Origin: an uncultured Alphaproteobacteria bacterium
GTDB taxonomy: Bacteria; Pseudomonadota; Alphaproteobacteria; Rs-D84
NCBI GenBank assembly: GCA_949156565.1
Contig: CASCZI010000001.1
Span: 33,908-97,907, forward strand
Reading direction: 5' to 3'
DNA: 64,000 nt
The notes under the pieces are model-generated. The model saw nothing but the letters and a program-made list of their open reading frames with translations, was not told the DNA's origin and did not search any database. Position numbers and translations under genes: made by a program. Of the stretch, positions 30,266-40,843 are shown piece by piece; position 1 is the first letter of the stretch, and the number at the start of each line of letters is the position of its first letter.

Positions 30266-31844
30266 ATTCCTTACGCATGGGGTATTTCCCATCAATCAGG
30301 TTTTGACGCACAATATGATGCTTGACCTTTTGGGTACTGGTCATGGGTAATTCATCTGTGGTCATGGCGAAATGGGTCACCCATTTATAACTGGCAACTT
30401 TTTTATTGGCATTGGCCACCGCCGTCGCCAATCGATCCAGTGTCATATCCGGGTCCACACTAAATACACCATATGCAACGGTTTTATCTTTGACCCGATG
30501 TTCAAATACCGCCACATTATTGACCCCGGGAATATCCATGAATAACGCCTGTAATTCGTCCGGATAAACGTTTTTACCCGAATCCAAAACAATAACCTGT
30601 TTTTTGCGACCGGCAAAATGCAATTCACCGTTTTTGTCCATCGATACCATATCGCCGGTATTAAAGAACCCACGTTCATCAAAGACCACCGAATTGGTAT
30701 CAGGATTATTCAGATATCCGCCAAACACCTGGTGACCACGCACCCACAACACACCGATTCCATCCGCGTCCATATCACGAATTTCACATTCATTGTTGGT
30801 GGTCGGCGCACCAAAGGCAAATGGAACACGTTTTTTGGTATGCTTTGAAATACAAATTGGCCCCACGGTTTCGGTTAACCCATACCCTTGGATAAAACGC
30901 ATCCCCAACCGTTCATAGAACGTTTCCACCTCTGGCTTGGTGGCGGCGCCACCCGCAATCAAGAGTGATACGCGCCCCCCAAATATCGCCCGCACAGGAT
31001 CTTGGATCCGGCGCACCAAAAACCCAAGGCCAATTTTATTCAATGTTTTTCCGTATTTTAACACCAGTGATGCCAACCACCACAGATGACGCGCCTTTAA
31101 CGTATCAATAATACGATTACGGATCACTTCAAATAAACGGGGAACCGCCGGAATGGCATGTGGCCGGTACTGTTTAAAATCTTCCATAATTTCTTTGGGA
31201 TTGACCGTCGGTTGCAATAACACGCCGGACCCAAAATGCAAACAGGCCAAAATTTCGACCGCAAATCCAAAAATATGGTACATGGGTAAAAATCCATACA
31301 TGATTTCACCCGAATGAAAATAGTCCCGCATATCATCCAGAGAATTGGCGCATTCGATCAAATTAAAATGCGTTAATGGCACAATTTTCGGCGTCCCGGT
31401 GGACCCGGACGTAAACGACATGGTCGCCACATCCAATGATTCCAACGGCACCGGTTTTAATTCGGGATTTGCCTTGGGATCTTTGTGTTCAATATCGAAA
31501 AATTTAAACTTTTTTGTTTTATATTGGAACGATTTTTCCGCACAAACAATGTGACAATCGGTTGATGTCATCATATTATCATATTCAAATGGCGTCAAAT
31601 TTGTATCCAGTAATAACGCCGTCCCGCCCAAATACCAAATCGCAAATAATGTAATAGGAAACTGGGGGATGTTATGCGACAAAATACCCACAATGTCGCC
31701 ACGTTGAACACCCGCCGCATTCAGGGATGCGGCACGCCGCTTTACCAATTCAACAAAACCAGAAAACGTCACCCCTTCGCGCACCAGGAACAAATTGTCT
31801 GGATACTGGGCCACGGTCTTTTCCAGTAATTGATACATATTCAT
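30264..31844 (-). CDS. Long-chain acyl-CoA synthetase (AMP-binding)
   Basis: FTSGSTGTPK, QGYGLTET, FNTGD, GKNVYPDE. Confidence 0.9.
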   Translation of the reverse strand: MNMYQLLEKTVAQYPDNLFLVREGVTFSGFVELVKRRAASLNAAGVQRGDIVGILSHNIPQFPITLFAIWYLGGTALLLDTNLTPFEYDNMMTSTDCHIVCAEKSFQYKTKKFKFFDIEHKDPKANPELKPVPLESLDVATMSFTSGSTGTPKIVPLTHFNLIECANSLDDMRDYFHSGEIMYGFLPMYHIFGFAVEILACLHFGSGVLLQPTVNPKEIMEDFKQYRPHAIPAVPRLFEVIRNRIIDTLKARHLWWLASLVLKYGKTLNKIGLGFLVRRIQDPVRAIFGGRVSLLIAGGAATKPEVETFYERLGMRFIQGYGLTETVGPICISKHTKKRVPFAFGAPTTNNECEIRDMDADGIGVLWVRGHQVFGGYLNNPDTNSVVFDERGFFNTGDMVSMDKNGELHFAGRKKQVIVLDSGKNVYPDELQALFMDIPGVNNVAVFEHRVKDKTVAYGVFSVDPDMTLDRLATAVANANKKVASYKWVTHFAMTTDELPMTSTQKVKHHIVRQNLIDGKYPMRKE

Positions 31845-31914
31845 AATAAAAAATCCTTGTTGTTTTTATATTGGACAGGAATTATTATACATACACAAGT
31901 TAAGGATTGCAAAC

Positions 31915-32685
31915 ATGAAAATATTAACACTCAACATAAACTCTATCCGTGCACACGTCGAAAGTTTTATTGATATTTTACGCGCTGGTTCCTATGACAC
32001 CATCATGGTCCAAGAATTAAAGGTCGAAGATGCCCAATTTCCCCATAATCTGTTCGATGAATATGGATATAATATCAAGGTGTTTGGCCAAAAAAGCTGG
32101 AATGGCGTTGCCATATTTTCTAAATTTTCTATCGAAGATGTCACCCGCGGCATGCCGGGTTTTGCCGATGTCAATGCCCGATTTATTGAATGTGTCATCG
32201 ATGGACGCATCCGCGTAATCAATACATATATGCCCAATGGGGACACGGTGGATTCACCAAAATTTCCCTATAAACTTGAATGGATGCGCGCGTTTTCAGA
32301 TTATATTGCCCCCCTGCTTCAATCCCCCGAACCGGTTGTCATTGGTGGGGATTTTAACGTGGCATTGACCGATCGTGATGTTTGGAAGCCGGAAAATTAT
32401 GTCAATATCGCCATTGCGGCCCCGGCGGCGCGTGCGATTATGCAATCATGGATTGATCATGGTTGGACCGACGAATGGCGGATGCGCCACCCCGACGAAA
32501 TTGATTACACATGGTATGGATACCGTGGTGGCGACACCATTGGAAAAAAGATGGGATTGCGGTTGGATTATTTCCTGACAAATCCGGCGGCACATAAAAT
32601 GGTCACATCATGTGAAATTGACCGATGCCCCCGGATGGCGGACCGGCCAACCGACCATTGCGGATTGGCATTAACCCTTGATTAA
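31915..32685 (+). CDS. xth: Exodeoxyribonuclease III
   Basis: NINSIR, QELK, WNGVAI, YMPNG, GDFN, LRLDY, TDH. Confidence 0.93.
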   Translation: MKILTLNINSIRAHVESFIDILRAGSYDTIMVQELKVEDAQFPHNLFDEYGYNIKVFGQKSWNGVAIFSKFSIEDVTRGMPGFADVNARFIECVIDGRIRVINTYMPNGDTVDSPKFPYKLEWMRAFSDYIAPLLQSPEPVVIGGDFNVALTDRDVWKPENYVNIAIAAPAARAIMQSWIDHGWTDEWRMRHPDEIDYTWYGYRGGDTIGKKMGLRLDYFLTNPAAHKMVTSCEIDRCPRMADRPTDHCGLALTLD

Positions 32686-35165
32686 TCGTCGACCCGGGCC
32701 AAATCGTCCCATGCATTGTATTTCATATTACCTGTTTCCAAATACGGATACGGCACGCCATCGTGGCCATATTGTGCAAATAATTGGGTAATTTTATCGC
32801 GGGCCGCATCCATCATGGCCCGGGCCGTATCATCGGTATATTCAATCACACGCACATCCCGCGTCCGCAATTGCAAGAATCGGATCGCCGGTGTTTGGGC
32901 CCGCCCCGGCACCCCGGCAAAACCACCCGTGGATAACATGATCGCTTCTAATGGTAACTGGGGCATCGTACCCGCCAACAATTGCGATTTGGTGGGTGCG
33001 GCACCGGTTTTTATATCCATCACCGCATCACCCCACACGCGGTCGGCACGGGCCCGTATGGTCCGCCCACCCAAACGCATTGAACCGGCAATTTCGGCCC
33101 ATCCCAAATCACCGGCCAATCCAGATTGTGCAATCACGGGGGCCATTTCCATAAAACGCCGATGCCAGAAATGATACAGCACGCTGTCATCCCCAATTTC
33201 GGCCGCCGCCCGCCGATCCATTTCTGCAACCAATGCGTCGGGTGAAAAATTCTTGGTCCCTTCTATGACCGCATGGACAAGTGTTCCAAACGTCCGCGCA
33301 TCCGCCCCAACCCAATAATCGTCCAAGGGATTGAGGCGCAGAATATGCCGCGCATAAAACGCATACGGATTATGGATCAACAATTCTAATTCGGTGACAT
33401 AAACATCGCTTTGATCGGCCGGTGGCATTGGCGGATCATAGCATAAGGGGCATTCCCCCACGCGATCGGCATTCATTGCCGCATTTAAAATATCACGATC
33501 GGTTTCAATCGCACGCCGTCCCGCCACCGCGACACGTGATAAAAACCGCGATGGGGTCGTGGCCACCCCACCGGCCGTACGACTGTGCAACCAATAGACA
33601 CAATCCCCACATGATAATGTCATAAAATCTAATGCCATTAACGAAACCTTGCGGTCCGGGGGGGGCAACCCAATCTTGTCCGCAACCGCGCGTGGCAACC
33701 ATGCGTTTTCATATCCCCGTGCGGGAAACATACCATCATTCAGGCCCGTCAAAATCACCACATCGGCCGTTTGCATTCGTGATTCAATCGTTCCCAAAAC
33801 AACCACACGCGCGGCATCATTCATCGGGGGACGCACCGATACCGCCCCCAGACAATCTGCCACCAACGCACGGGCATCATAAACCGATAAATCAATTTTA
33901 TTTTCGCCAATAATCTGCCCCAGTTCGTATAACGCGCGCCACACATTCCCCCATGCCGGATCCGACGCATCAAATGCGGGTGCCATGGCAACATCACCAT
34001 CGATCATTTTGGCCAACACGGAAAATAAATCATGTTGATCCGAAAATAATTTATCGAATGTATCCATTCCTTGATCAATCCAATCATCAAACAGATTTAA
34101 TATCGCGCGCCCCGGCGGCGTTGACGCCCCCGATATCCCCCCCGAAAAATCGGCATTTAATCCACGTGCGGCCAATGCTGTGGCCAAACGCTGATTCCCG
34201 GCGGCATCGGGTGTTATGATTAATACGGTTTTGTTTTCACCCACGGCGCGCGCGGCAATTTCGGCGGCACACGATGCCTCTAACGATTCACGTGGGGCAT
34301 CAATTAATCGACACGGGGGCATCACATTTGATGATAGATGAGTATTTGAAAATGCCCCATTAAAGAAATCAATAGATGATACCCCCACATCAATTTCCCG
34401 AACATCTTGGGGATCGATCCCCATACGGGATAAAAATTTATATTCACTGTTATATGGGTTTGTTGCCAATTCAAAATCACCCGGATCGCCACCACAAATT
34501 TTGCCGGGCAAAATGATGCGACCATGGGACAGGTGTGCGATATGCGCCATTAAATCGGACGTGGCGGGAACACTGGCGGTGGAACCACATACAATCACCC
34601 GGGCATATGTCCCCATGGTGCCGATCCAGGCACGAATATCGGCATTGCGCCGTTGCGTGGCAGTTTGGCGATTGGGCATTGATGCAAATTTTGATACAAT
34701 TTTTAGTAAATCTGATTTTCGCCGAAAATGCGCCGCATAGCGGTCATCCACCAACGCATCCCAATCCACATTGGCGATATTAATCCCTTCGTTTTCAAGA
34801 TAATCGGTCATACGCACCAAATCACGCGCGATGGGTAACGCCGCACCAATTGTACGCACATTGGCATCGGCCGCAATTAATTGCGCCAACACAACCACAC
34901 GCGCCATATCAGATATGACATCCGTAACCTCTTGATCGGCGGCATCATCCGCTTCGCCCAATGCAACCAAACGCGGTAATATCACGGCCCCACCCACGCG
35001 ATCAACAATCATCTTTTCAATGGAACGAACGGCACGGCGACTGGGGACGAAAATCAACATATCCGCCATCGATTCAACGCCGTTATCGGCGTATATGACA
35101 TGCCATAACGCATCGGTCATGCGCGCCGGATTTGATGCATAAAAGATATTGTTATTTGATCCCAA
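32682..35165 (-). CDS. addB: Double-strand break repair protein AddB (divergent)
   Basis: VPSRRAVR, GSTASVPAT, LGTIESR, PSRF, NPYAFYARHILRL, RADR..MDIKTG; start uncertain (TTG 35165 assumed). Confidence 0.85.
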   Translation of the reverse strand: MGSNNNIFYASNPARMTDALWHVIYADNGVESMADMLIFVPSRRAVRSIEKMIVDRVGGAVILPRLVALGEADDAADQEVTDVISDMARVVVLAQLIAADANVRTIGAALPIARDLVRMTDYLENEGINIANVDWDALVDDRYAAHFRRKSDLLKIVSKFASMPNRQTATQRRNADIRAWIGTMGTYARVIVCGSTASVPATSDLMAHIAHLSHGRIILPGKICGGDPGDFELATNPYNSEYKFLSRMGIDPQDVREIDVGVSSIDFFNGAFSNTHLSSNVMPPCRLIDAPRESLEASCAAEIAARAVGENKTVLIITPDAAGNQRLATALAARGLNADFSGGISGASTPPGRAILNLFDDWIDQGMDTFDKLFSDQHDLFSVLAKMIDGDVAMAPAFDASDPAWGNVWRALYELGQIIGENKIDLSVYDARALVADCLGAVSVRPPMNDAARVVVLGTIESRMQTADVVILTGLNDGMFPARGYENAWLPRAVADKIGLPPPDRKVSLMALDFMTLSCGDCVYWLHSRTAGGVATTPSRFLSRVAVAGRRAIETDRDILNAAMNADRVGECPLCYDPPMPPADQSDVYVTELELLIHNPYAFYARHILRLNPLDDYWVGADARTFGTLVHAVIEGTKNFSPDALVAEMDRRAAAEIGDDSVLYHFWHRRFMEMAPVIAQSGLAGDLGWAEIAGSMRLGGRTIRARADRVWGDAVMDIKTGAAPTKSQLLAGTMPQLPLEAIMLSTGGFAGVPGRAQTPAIRFLQLRTRDVRVIEYTDDTARAMMDAARDKITQLFAQYGHDGVPYPYLETGNMKYNAWDDLARVDD

Positions 35166-35706
35166 TGGCCGCCCGCATTTTATCAATTCCGATTTTCTTT
35201 TCTGCGGATGTGTCAATGATATCATCCGCCATGGCGCCATGAACACGGGGATCAATCATGCATTGATCTTGTTCACGCACCCGTTTGTCCCGTTTGGTGT
35301 AAACCACCTGATACGCGATGGCGTGGGCATCACAAAAATCCATCAAATCCAGATCTGAATCCCGGGGACCAATGCGTGAATCAATCAGAATAAACAGACG
35401 TCGTAACTGACGCCGGGTGGTCAAATATTCTTCCAACCGGTGCAACCAACGGATCGCATCTGTCTTTGACACACGGGCATATCCGTATCCCGGCAAATCA
35501 ACAATCATAATCCGGTCATCGACATTAAACAGATTTAATGATTGCGTTCTCCCCGGGGTGTTGGATGTACGCGCGTATGTCCCGCCCAATATCGCATTGA
35601 TCAGGGATGATTTCCCCACATTACTGCGCCCGACAAAGGCATATTCGGGAAACGCGGTCCGGGGTAATGCGGAAACAGATTCAAAACTGCCGACAAATTT
35701 AATCAT
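35152..35706 (-). CDS. engB: GTP-binding protein EngB/YihA
   Basis: GRSNVGKSS, PGRT, DLPGYGY, TKRD. Confidence 0.93.
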   Translation of the reverse strand: MIKFVGSFESVSALPRTAFPEYAFVGRSNVGKSSLINAILGGTYARTSNTPGRTQSLNLFNVDDRIMIVDLPGYGYARVSKTDAIRWLHRLEEYLTTRRQLRRLFILIDSRIGPRDSDLDLMDFCDAHAIAYQVVYTKRDKRVREQDQCMIDPRVHGAMADDIIDTSAEKKIGIDKMRAAIGIK

Positions 35707-36496
35707 TGTCCCCACCTTGAATTAACCGTTTATAGGCTTCCTTTTTTGAAATCCCGGCACGCGCGGCAATTTCGGCCGCCGCCGATTTGGTGGATCCCCC
35801 CACAACGTCGTTGACGATTTCAGAAATTTCCATGTCCGATAACCGCACATCCGGGGCCGCATCAATAACAATAACAATTTCGCCCCGCGGTGGGGTGATA
35901 TTGATCAATTCTGCCGGATATCCAATAATAACTTCTTCGTGGATCTTGGTTATTTCACGCACAATCGCCACCCGCCGTTCCGGCATCACTGTGGCCAGTG
36001 TTGCGATTGTTTCCATGATGCGATTGGGACTCTCGTAATAAATAATGGTATGACGAATGCGGTTATCGGCACGAACCTTTTTCGGATCAAAAAAGCCACA
36101 GAATGTAAACCGATCGGTTGGAAATCCGGTCAACACCAGTGCCGAAATCGCCGCCGTTGGACCCGGCACCACCCATACCGGCACCCCCGCCGCACGTGCC
36201 GCCCGCACCAGGCGAAATCCCGGATCACTGATCCCGGGCATACCGGCATCGGATACCGTGGCAATGGCCGCACCATGAATCATTTTATCAACCAAATCAT
36301 CCACCACATCCCGTTCATTATGATCGTGACATGACACACGGGGTGTTTGAATCCCAAAATGCGCGGCCAATTTACCAAATACACGCGTATCTTCGGCCGC
36401 GATTAAATCCACGCCACGCAATGTGTCAACCGCACGGGGGGACATATCGGATAAATTTCCGATGGGCGTCCCAACAATATAAAGCCCTGATTGCAT
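35699..36496 (-). CDS. rsmI: 16S rRNA C1402 2'-O-methyltransferase
   Basis: TPIGNL, AEDTR, SDAGMPGISDPG, YESPNR, REITKIHEE. Confidence 0.95.
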   Translation of the reverse strand: MQSGLYIVGTPIGNLSDMSPRAVDTLRGVDLIAAEDTRVFGKLAAHFGIQTPRVSCHDHNERDVVDDLVDKMIHGAAIATVSDAGMPGISDPGFRLVRAARAAGVPVWVVPGPTAAISALVLTGFPTDRFTFCGFFDPKKVRADNRIRHTIIYYESPNRIMETIATLATVMPERRVAIVREITKIHEEVIIGYPAELINITPPRGEIVIVIDAAPDVRLSDMEISEIVNDVVGGSTKSAAAEIAARAGISKKEAYKRLIQGGDND

Positions 36497-36544
36497 TTAT
36501 CATCCTTTTGGTGTAAAATGATACAAGATAAAACGGATATTTCA

Positions 36545-38185
36545 ATGCGAATAAACAACTTTTTTAAGATTCTGGTTTCGACAACCGCCCTGGGCGTGAC
36601 GGCATGCGCCCCCCAGGCCGATTGGTTTAGTGAATATGGCGACGCCCCCACGGGGGAACCGGTTCAAATTATGTCGGGTGCCCACGATGATGACATGCGT
36701 ATGTATGGCGATGTGAATGCCCCGATAAATGAACCCATTATGCCCGCGGAAAGCCAAAACGTAACGGCACATATCGCCGCGTTATTGCCATTGACCGGAA
36801 CATATGCCGACATCGGGAACGGTATTCGTACCGCGATAGAGATGGCCTATCTCCAACGGCCCGGATCGGCGGCCATCACATTTTATGATGTGGCCGAAAA
36901 TCGCGATGGGGCGATCACAGCAGCACTGGCCACCAATCCAGAAATTATTATCGGGCCGGTTTTTGCCGACGATGTACGCGCCTTGCGTACGGCAAAGCCC
37001 ATTACAACGCCCGTTTTGGCATTTACATCCGACGCCGATGCCATTGGAAATGGCGTGATGACCATGGCATTAATGCCCCATCAGAGTATAGAAGTTATTA
37101 TGAAACAAATGGTCCCCGATGGCATCCGGCGGTTGGTCATTTTTGCCCCCGACACCACATCAGGCCATATTATGGCGGGCGCGGCGCGGGATGCGGCACA
37201 ATTGTATGATATTGGGATATCGGGAATATCTTTTTATTCGGAACGAAATTCAGAGGCCATTAAAACCGCGGCGATGGACGCGTCTTTGTACACGGCGCGG
37301 CGCGATGCCCATACCCGGGCACGCGAAATCCTGGCCGATATTCTAACGAACGAAGATTTGAATGCATCTGAAAAAGCATCCCTGAATACCCAACTGGAAA
37401 AATTGGCCAAGACCGAAACATTGGGTCGTGCGCCCTTTGACGCGGTGCTGTTCCTGGGAGATGGGGCGGATTCAAAAACATTGGCGTCATTTTTGCGTTA
37501 TTATGGGGTTGGTGCGCGGGATGCCCGGTTTTATGGAACCGCCCTGTGGGATGGATCCGACGTGATCGGTGATTTTACCATGTCGGGCGCGCGATTTGCC
37601 ACATTGCCAGAAACATCGCCGGCATTTAACACAACATTTGCCACGTTGGGCGGATATGGTCCGGGACGTCTGGCATCGTTTGGGTATGATGCGACCAACC
37701 TGGCCACGGGCATGATCCGGTCAGAGAAAACAAATGCCGCCTACCTTTTGGACCCAAGTGGGTTCCGCGGCATTGACGGATTGGTCCGTATGACGCCCAA
37801 TGGCGCAAATGAACGTGCATTGCGCGTCATGCAATTAAATGGCACCCCCATCCCCACACAGATACGCGCCCCGGCGGTGAATTTTATGACCCCACTTTAT
37901 AACATCGATGGGCGGCGCGTCACCCCGGCGCGTGCCATGCCCATCCGGGGAACGGGTGTCAACCCATGTGATTACATTAAAATCGGGGAACGTTTTTCCG
38001 ATAAATATCCCTGTAAAACATATGGGGCCACACATACACCATCCCCCCAAACCGAAACCACGTCAATCATTACCATCACCCAAAGTGAAAATGACGCATC
38101 TATTGCCGCGTCCCCGGAATTTCAACCGGCATCCCTTGAACCGGTTAGCCGCACACTGATCGACGCGGTCGAATTAACGGAATAA
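36545..38185 (+). CDS. LpoA/LppC-like lipoprotein
   Basis: Lipobox VTAC; ALLPLTG, IIGPVF, GYDA, GFRGIDG; divergent from rsmI. Confidence 0.8.
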   Translation: MRINNFFKILVSTTALGVTACAPQADWFSEYGDAPTGEPVQIMSGAHDDDMRMYGDVNAPINEPIMPAESQNVTAHIAALLPLTGTYADIGNGIRTAIEMAYLQRPGSAAITFYDVAENRDGAITAALATNPEIIIGPVFADDVRALRTAKPITTPVLAFTSDADAIGNGVMTMALMPHQSIEVIMKQMVPDGIRRLVIFAPDTTSGHIMAGAARDAAQLYDIGISGISFYSERNSEAIKTAAMDASLYTARRDAHTRAREILADILTNEDLNASEKASLNTQLEKLAKTETLGRAPFDAVLFLGDGADSKTLASFLRYYGVGARDARFYGTALWDGSDVIGDFTMSGARFATLPETSPAFNTTFATLGGYGPGRLASFGYDATNLATGMIRSEKTNAAYLLDPSGFRGIDGLVRMTPNGANERALRVMQLNGTPIPTQIRAPAVNFMTPLYNIDGRRVTPARAMPIRGTGVNPCDYIKIGERFSDKYPCKTYGATHTPSPQTETTSIITITQSENDASIAASPEFQPASLEPVSRTLIDAVELTE

Positions 38186-38200
38186 AGGAGCCGGGCCCAT

Positions 38201-38797
38201 ATGAAAAACATCTTGATTATTGGCAATTGTCGGGCGGGAAAAACATTGATGGCGCGGGCACTTATGCAACGGATGCCGCATATGGCCTTTATCGGGACCG
38301 ATCATATGCGGTCGGCGATTATGAAGACATTGTTGCACGACGTTACCGATTTTGAAAATGATCCCCAATGCGCGACCTTTGATGCCCAATGGGGGTCACG
38401 ATTAATTGAAATTAATAAACGTTTCTTCATATCCCATATACGCAGTTATAACCAAGACAATAAATTTTTTATAATGGAAGGTGGGGTTATTAAATTTGAT
38501 GATGCGGCGGAATTCATTAACGATCCCCGCATTCTGATCGTATGTGTCGGCAAACCACAATTGGATGCCGATGCCTATTACAACGACATCCGCGCATGGG
38601 ATCAAAAACATCATACATGGACCACCGAACACACGGATGTCGACGTCCGGGGTCTGGCCGAAAAATATGCACGCGAAAGCCGGTCTAATTTTGAAAAATG
38701 TCTCGCGGCGGGCGTGATCTTTGTCGATACCAGTTTTAATCAAATGGCCGTCATTGACGCGGCCGCCGACCAAATTTCAACCATCGCCACACAATAA
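38201..38797 (+). CDS. P-loop NTPase/kinase-like protein
   Basis: Walker A GNCRAGKT; FIMEG; AAGGAG RBS. Confidence 0.7.
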   Translation: MKNILIIGNCRAGKTLMARALMQRMPHMAFIGTDHMRSAIMKTLLHDVTDFENDPQCATFDAQWGSRLIEINKRFFISHIRSYNQDNKFFIMEGGVIKFDDAAEFINDPRILIVCVGKPQLDADAYYNDIRAWDQKHHTWTTEHTDVDVRGLAEKYARESRSNFEKCLAAGVIFVDTSFNQMAVIDAAADQISTIATQ

Positions 38798-38816
38798 ATA
38801 ATCGGGGAAATAATTT

Positions 38817-39725
38817 TTAATTCTGGTCTGGGGACGCAAAGCATGTCGCATCATAGTAAAATGTTCCCCGTTCGTCATGAACCAATGTCGTGTCGTTTTT
38901 CGGCATAAAGCATTTGTCTTTGGTCTTATTATCCCCCAATTTAGATGTGCCTTGGTGCGTGACATCATCCTTGTCTTTGAAATTGGGACATATTGTGCAT
39001 TTATCGCACCCACCCTGGGGATCCCCGTAATACCCCGCGATACACCGATATTCATATTCACTGGGCACCCATTCACATTTTTCACGATTGCATGTATAAT
39101 CTTTGATACGCCGTTCACATACAGATCCCGTCACGGCCGAAAATTTATCATCGGGCTTTTCTTGGCCGTTACAATTCTCGTCACATTGCAATGCACACGC
39201 GGTGTATTGAGACACCATGCTCCATGTGCATGCATGACTTGCTTGATTAAATATATTTCTGTTGCACCCAACGGGTATATCTGATACAGAATTTGGTACA
39301 GCTTTGGTGACTAATTTATAATTTTTATCCGCATCACATTCTGTGGCATAATCCAAAACCATATGTATCCGATACAAAGAACAAGAATTGCCCGAACCGC
39401 CACCCGGTTCTAATCCCGGCGGGTTCGAAGATGAACCTTCTTGCTTATAACTATAGACATATAACCGACTAATACTCTTGTTCCCATTTTTATCAACCTT
39501 GGCCCCGACGGTTTCATCAATCAGGCGAATATCATATTTTGATAATGTTGTATCACCCGGGTCTTTGTAACTTTGAGTCCATTCACAATAAAGACTTGGG
39601 TCATCACTGCCCGGCCGATATATTGGTGTATGCGCCATAACAGGCGCCGTCATCATTATGGCGATCAATTTTATGACATTTTTCATTTGTCCCCCCCCGA
39701 TAAAACCACCCTTTGGATTAGGCAT
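38817..39725 (-). CDS. Cys-rich secreted protein (locus B)
   Basis: MPNP start at 39725 or MKNV start at 39686 with signal-like peptide; YRCIAGYYG..C..CP; C-terminal HDERGTFYYDATC. Confidence 0.75.
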   Translation of the reverse strand: MPNPKGGFIGGGQMKNVIKLIAIMMTAPVMAHTPIYRPGSDDPSLYCEWTQSYKDPGDTTLSKYDIRLIDETVGAKVDKNGNKSISRLYVYSYKQEGSSSNPPGLEPGGGSGNSCSLYRIHMVLDYATECDADKNYKLVTKAVPNSVSDIPVGCNRNIFNQASHACTWSMVSQYTACALQCDENCNGQEKPDDKFSAVTGSVCERRIKDYTCNREKCEWVPSEYEYRCIAGYYGDPQGGCDKCTICPNFKDKDDVTHQGTSKLGDNKTKDKCFMPKNDTTLVHDERGTFYYDATCFASPDQN

Positions 39726-39865
39726 AGTTTTTATTTTATCAAACCCCGGATTTCTGGGATTTTTTTGTTGTCCCACTATGCCTAATCCAAAGGGTGGTTT
39801 AGATTAGGCATAGTCAAATAACACTTTTACCCAGGAATTATACCCGTTTGCATGGATTTTGGCAA
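39703..39865 (-). promoter_or_regulatory. Cassette leader B: promoter and three motif copies including a 26-bp inverted repeat
   Basis: TTGCCA(39860-65)-17-TATAAT(39837-42); IR 39703-39728/39775-39800; uORF MPNLNHPLD (39782-39811). Confidence 0.75.
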
Positions 39866-39927
39866 GTGACAAATCCCATCATTTATGATATAATTCCCCC
39901 AAGAAAATATGTATAAAAAGGCAACGC

Positions 39928-40830
39928 ATGCAATTATCGATTAGCATTGGTTTTTTCGGCGATCAACACCCAAGTCGTGATTACGGCATCGACTTTTTTG
40001 ATTTGCCCGATATCCTGAAACAGTCTGGATTTGACGCAGTGGAATATTTTCCATCTGTGTCGGGTTTTTCAACCGATCCCCGTTATTTACGGCGAATGAT
40101 GCGCCGCGCGGGTTTATTTTTTTACAGTGGTCATTTACCAATGGTTGGCGGACAATTATCGTTTGACCGTGAAACATACCGGACGCGCCTATGCTATCTA
40201 AAGCAATGGATTAAATATTTTGCGCGTCTGGGGATTCGTGTGGCGGTTGTACACCCGGACGAAGGACCATTTTCCATGGCCGAACATCCCGATCGGATGG
40301 ATCTGTGTGTGCGATGGGCGCACGATTTGGCACGGTATGCCCGACGGTTTGGCATGAAAATTGCAGTGGAAACCACATGGATGCGCGGATCATTGTTTGC
40401 ATATCATAAAAATTTGATTTATTTTCGTGATCATATTCGCGCGAAAAATCTGGGGTTTTGTTTTGATACCGGACATGCCTATGGGTCCGAAAGCCCTGAT
40501 GCCCGGCGCGATCCGGAAAAAAACTTTTATAAAACATGGGACATTGTTAAAAATCATGTGGTGGCATTTCATCTGCATAACACCTATGAATGCTGTGATT
40601 ATCATAACCCTTTTGATATGGGCGGGATTGATTTCCGACGTTTTTTCCGTATGGTCAAAGAAATGAAGTTTGATTTTCCCATGACCATTGAAATGAACCC
40701 GACCAAGCCCATGAAACATAATGCACGCACCGATACCAAGGATTGGTCCCCGTCCCCATGCAATGCGAACATTGAACGCGCATTGCGGGCCACGGCAAAA
40801 ATGTTTCATACATTTTACGATCCAGCCTAA
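39928..40830 (+). CDS. Sugar phosphate isomerase/epimerase (TIM barrel)
   Basis: GFDAVE, VVHP, IAVE, CFDTGH, FHLHN, DYH, TIE metal-binding pattern. Confidence 0.8.
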   Translation: MQLSISIGFFGDQHPSRDYGIDFFDLPDILKQSGFDAVEYFPSVSGFSTDPRYLRRMMRRAGLFFYSGHLPMVGGQLSFDRETYRTRLCYLKQWIKYFARLGIRVAVVHPDEGPFSMAEHPDRMDLCVRWAHDLARYARRFGMKIAVETTWMRGSLFAYHKNLIYFRDHIRAKNLGFCFDTGHAYGSESPDARRDPEKNFYKTWDIVKNHVVAFHLHNTYECCDYHNPFDMGGIDFRRFFRMVKEMKFDFPMTIEMNPTKPMKHNARTDTKDWSPSPCNANIERALRATAKMFHTFYDPA

Positions 40831-40843
40831 GGGGGATAACCGT

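Noticed and set aside
39775-39814. GCCTAAT/ATTAGGC as an integron attC site
   Set aside because: Lacks the invariant AAC/GTT triplets, lies 5' of genes, and no IntI is seen
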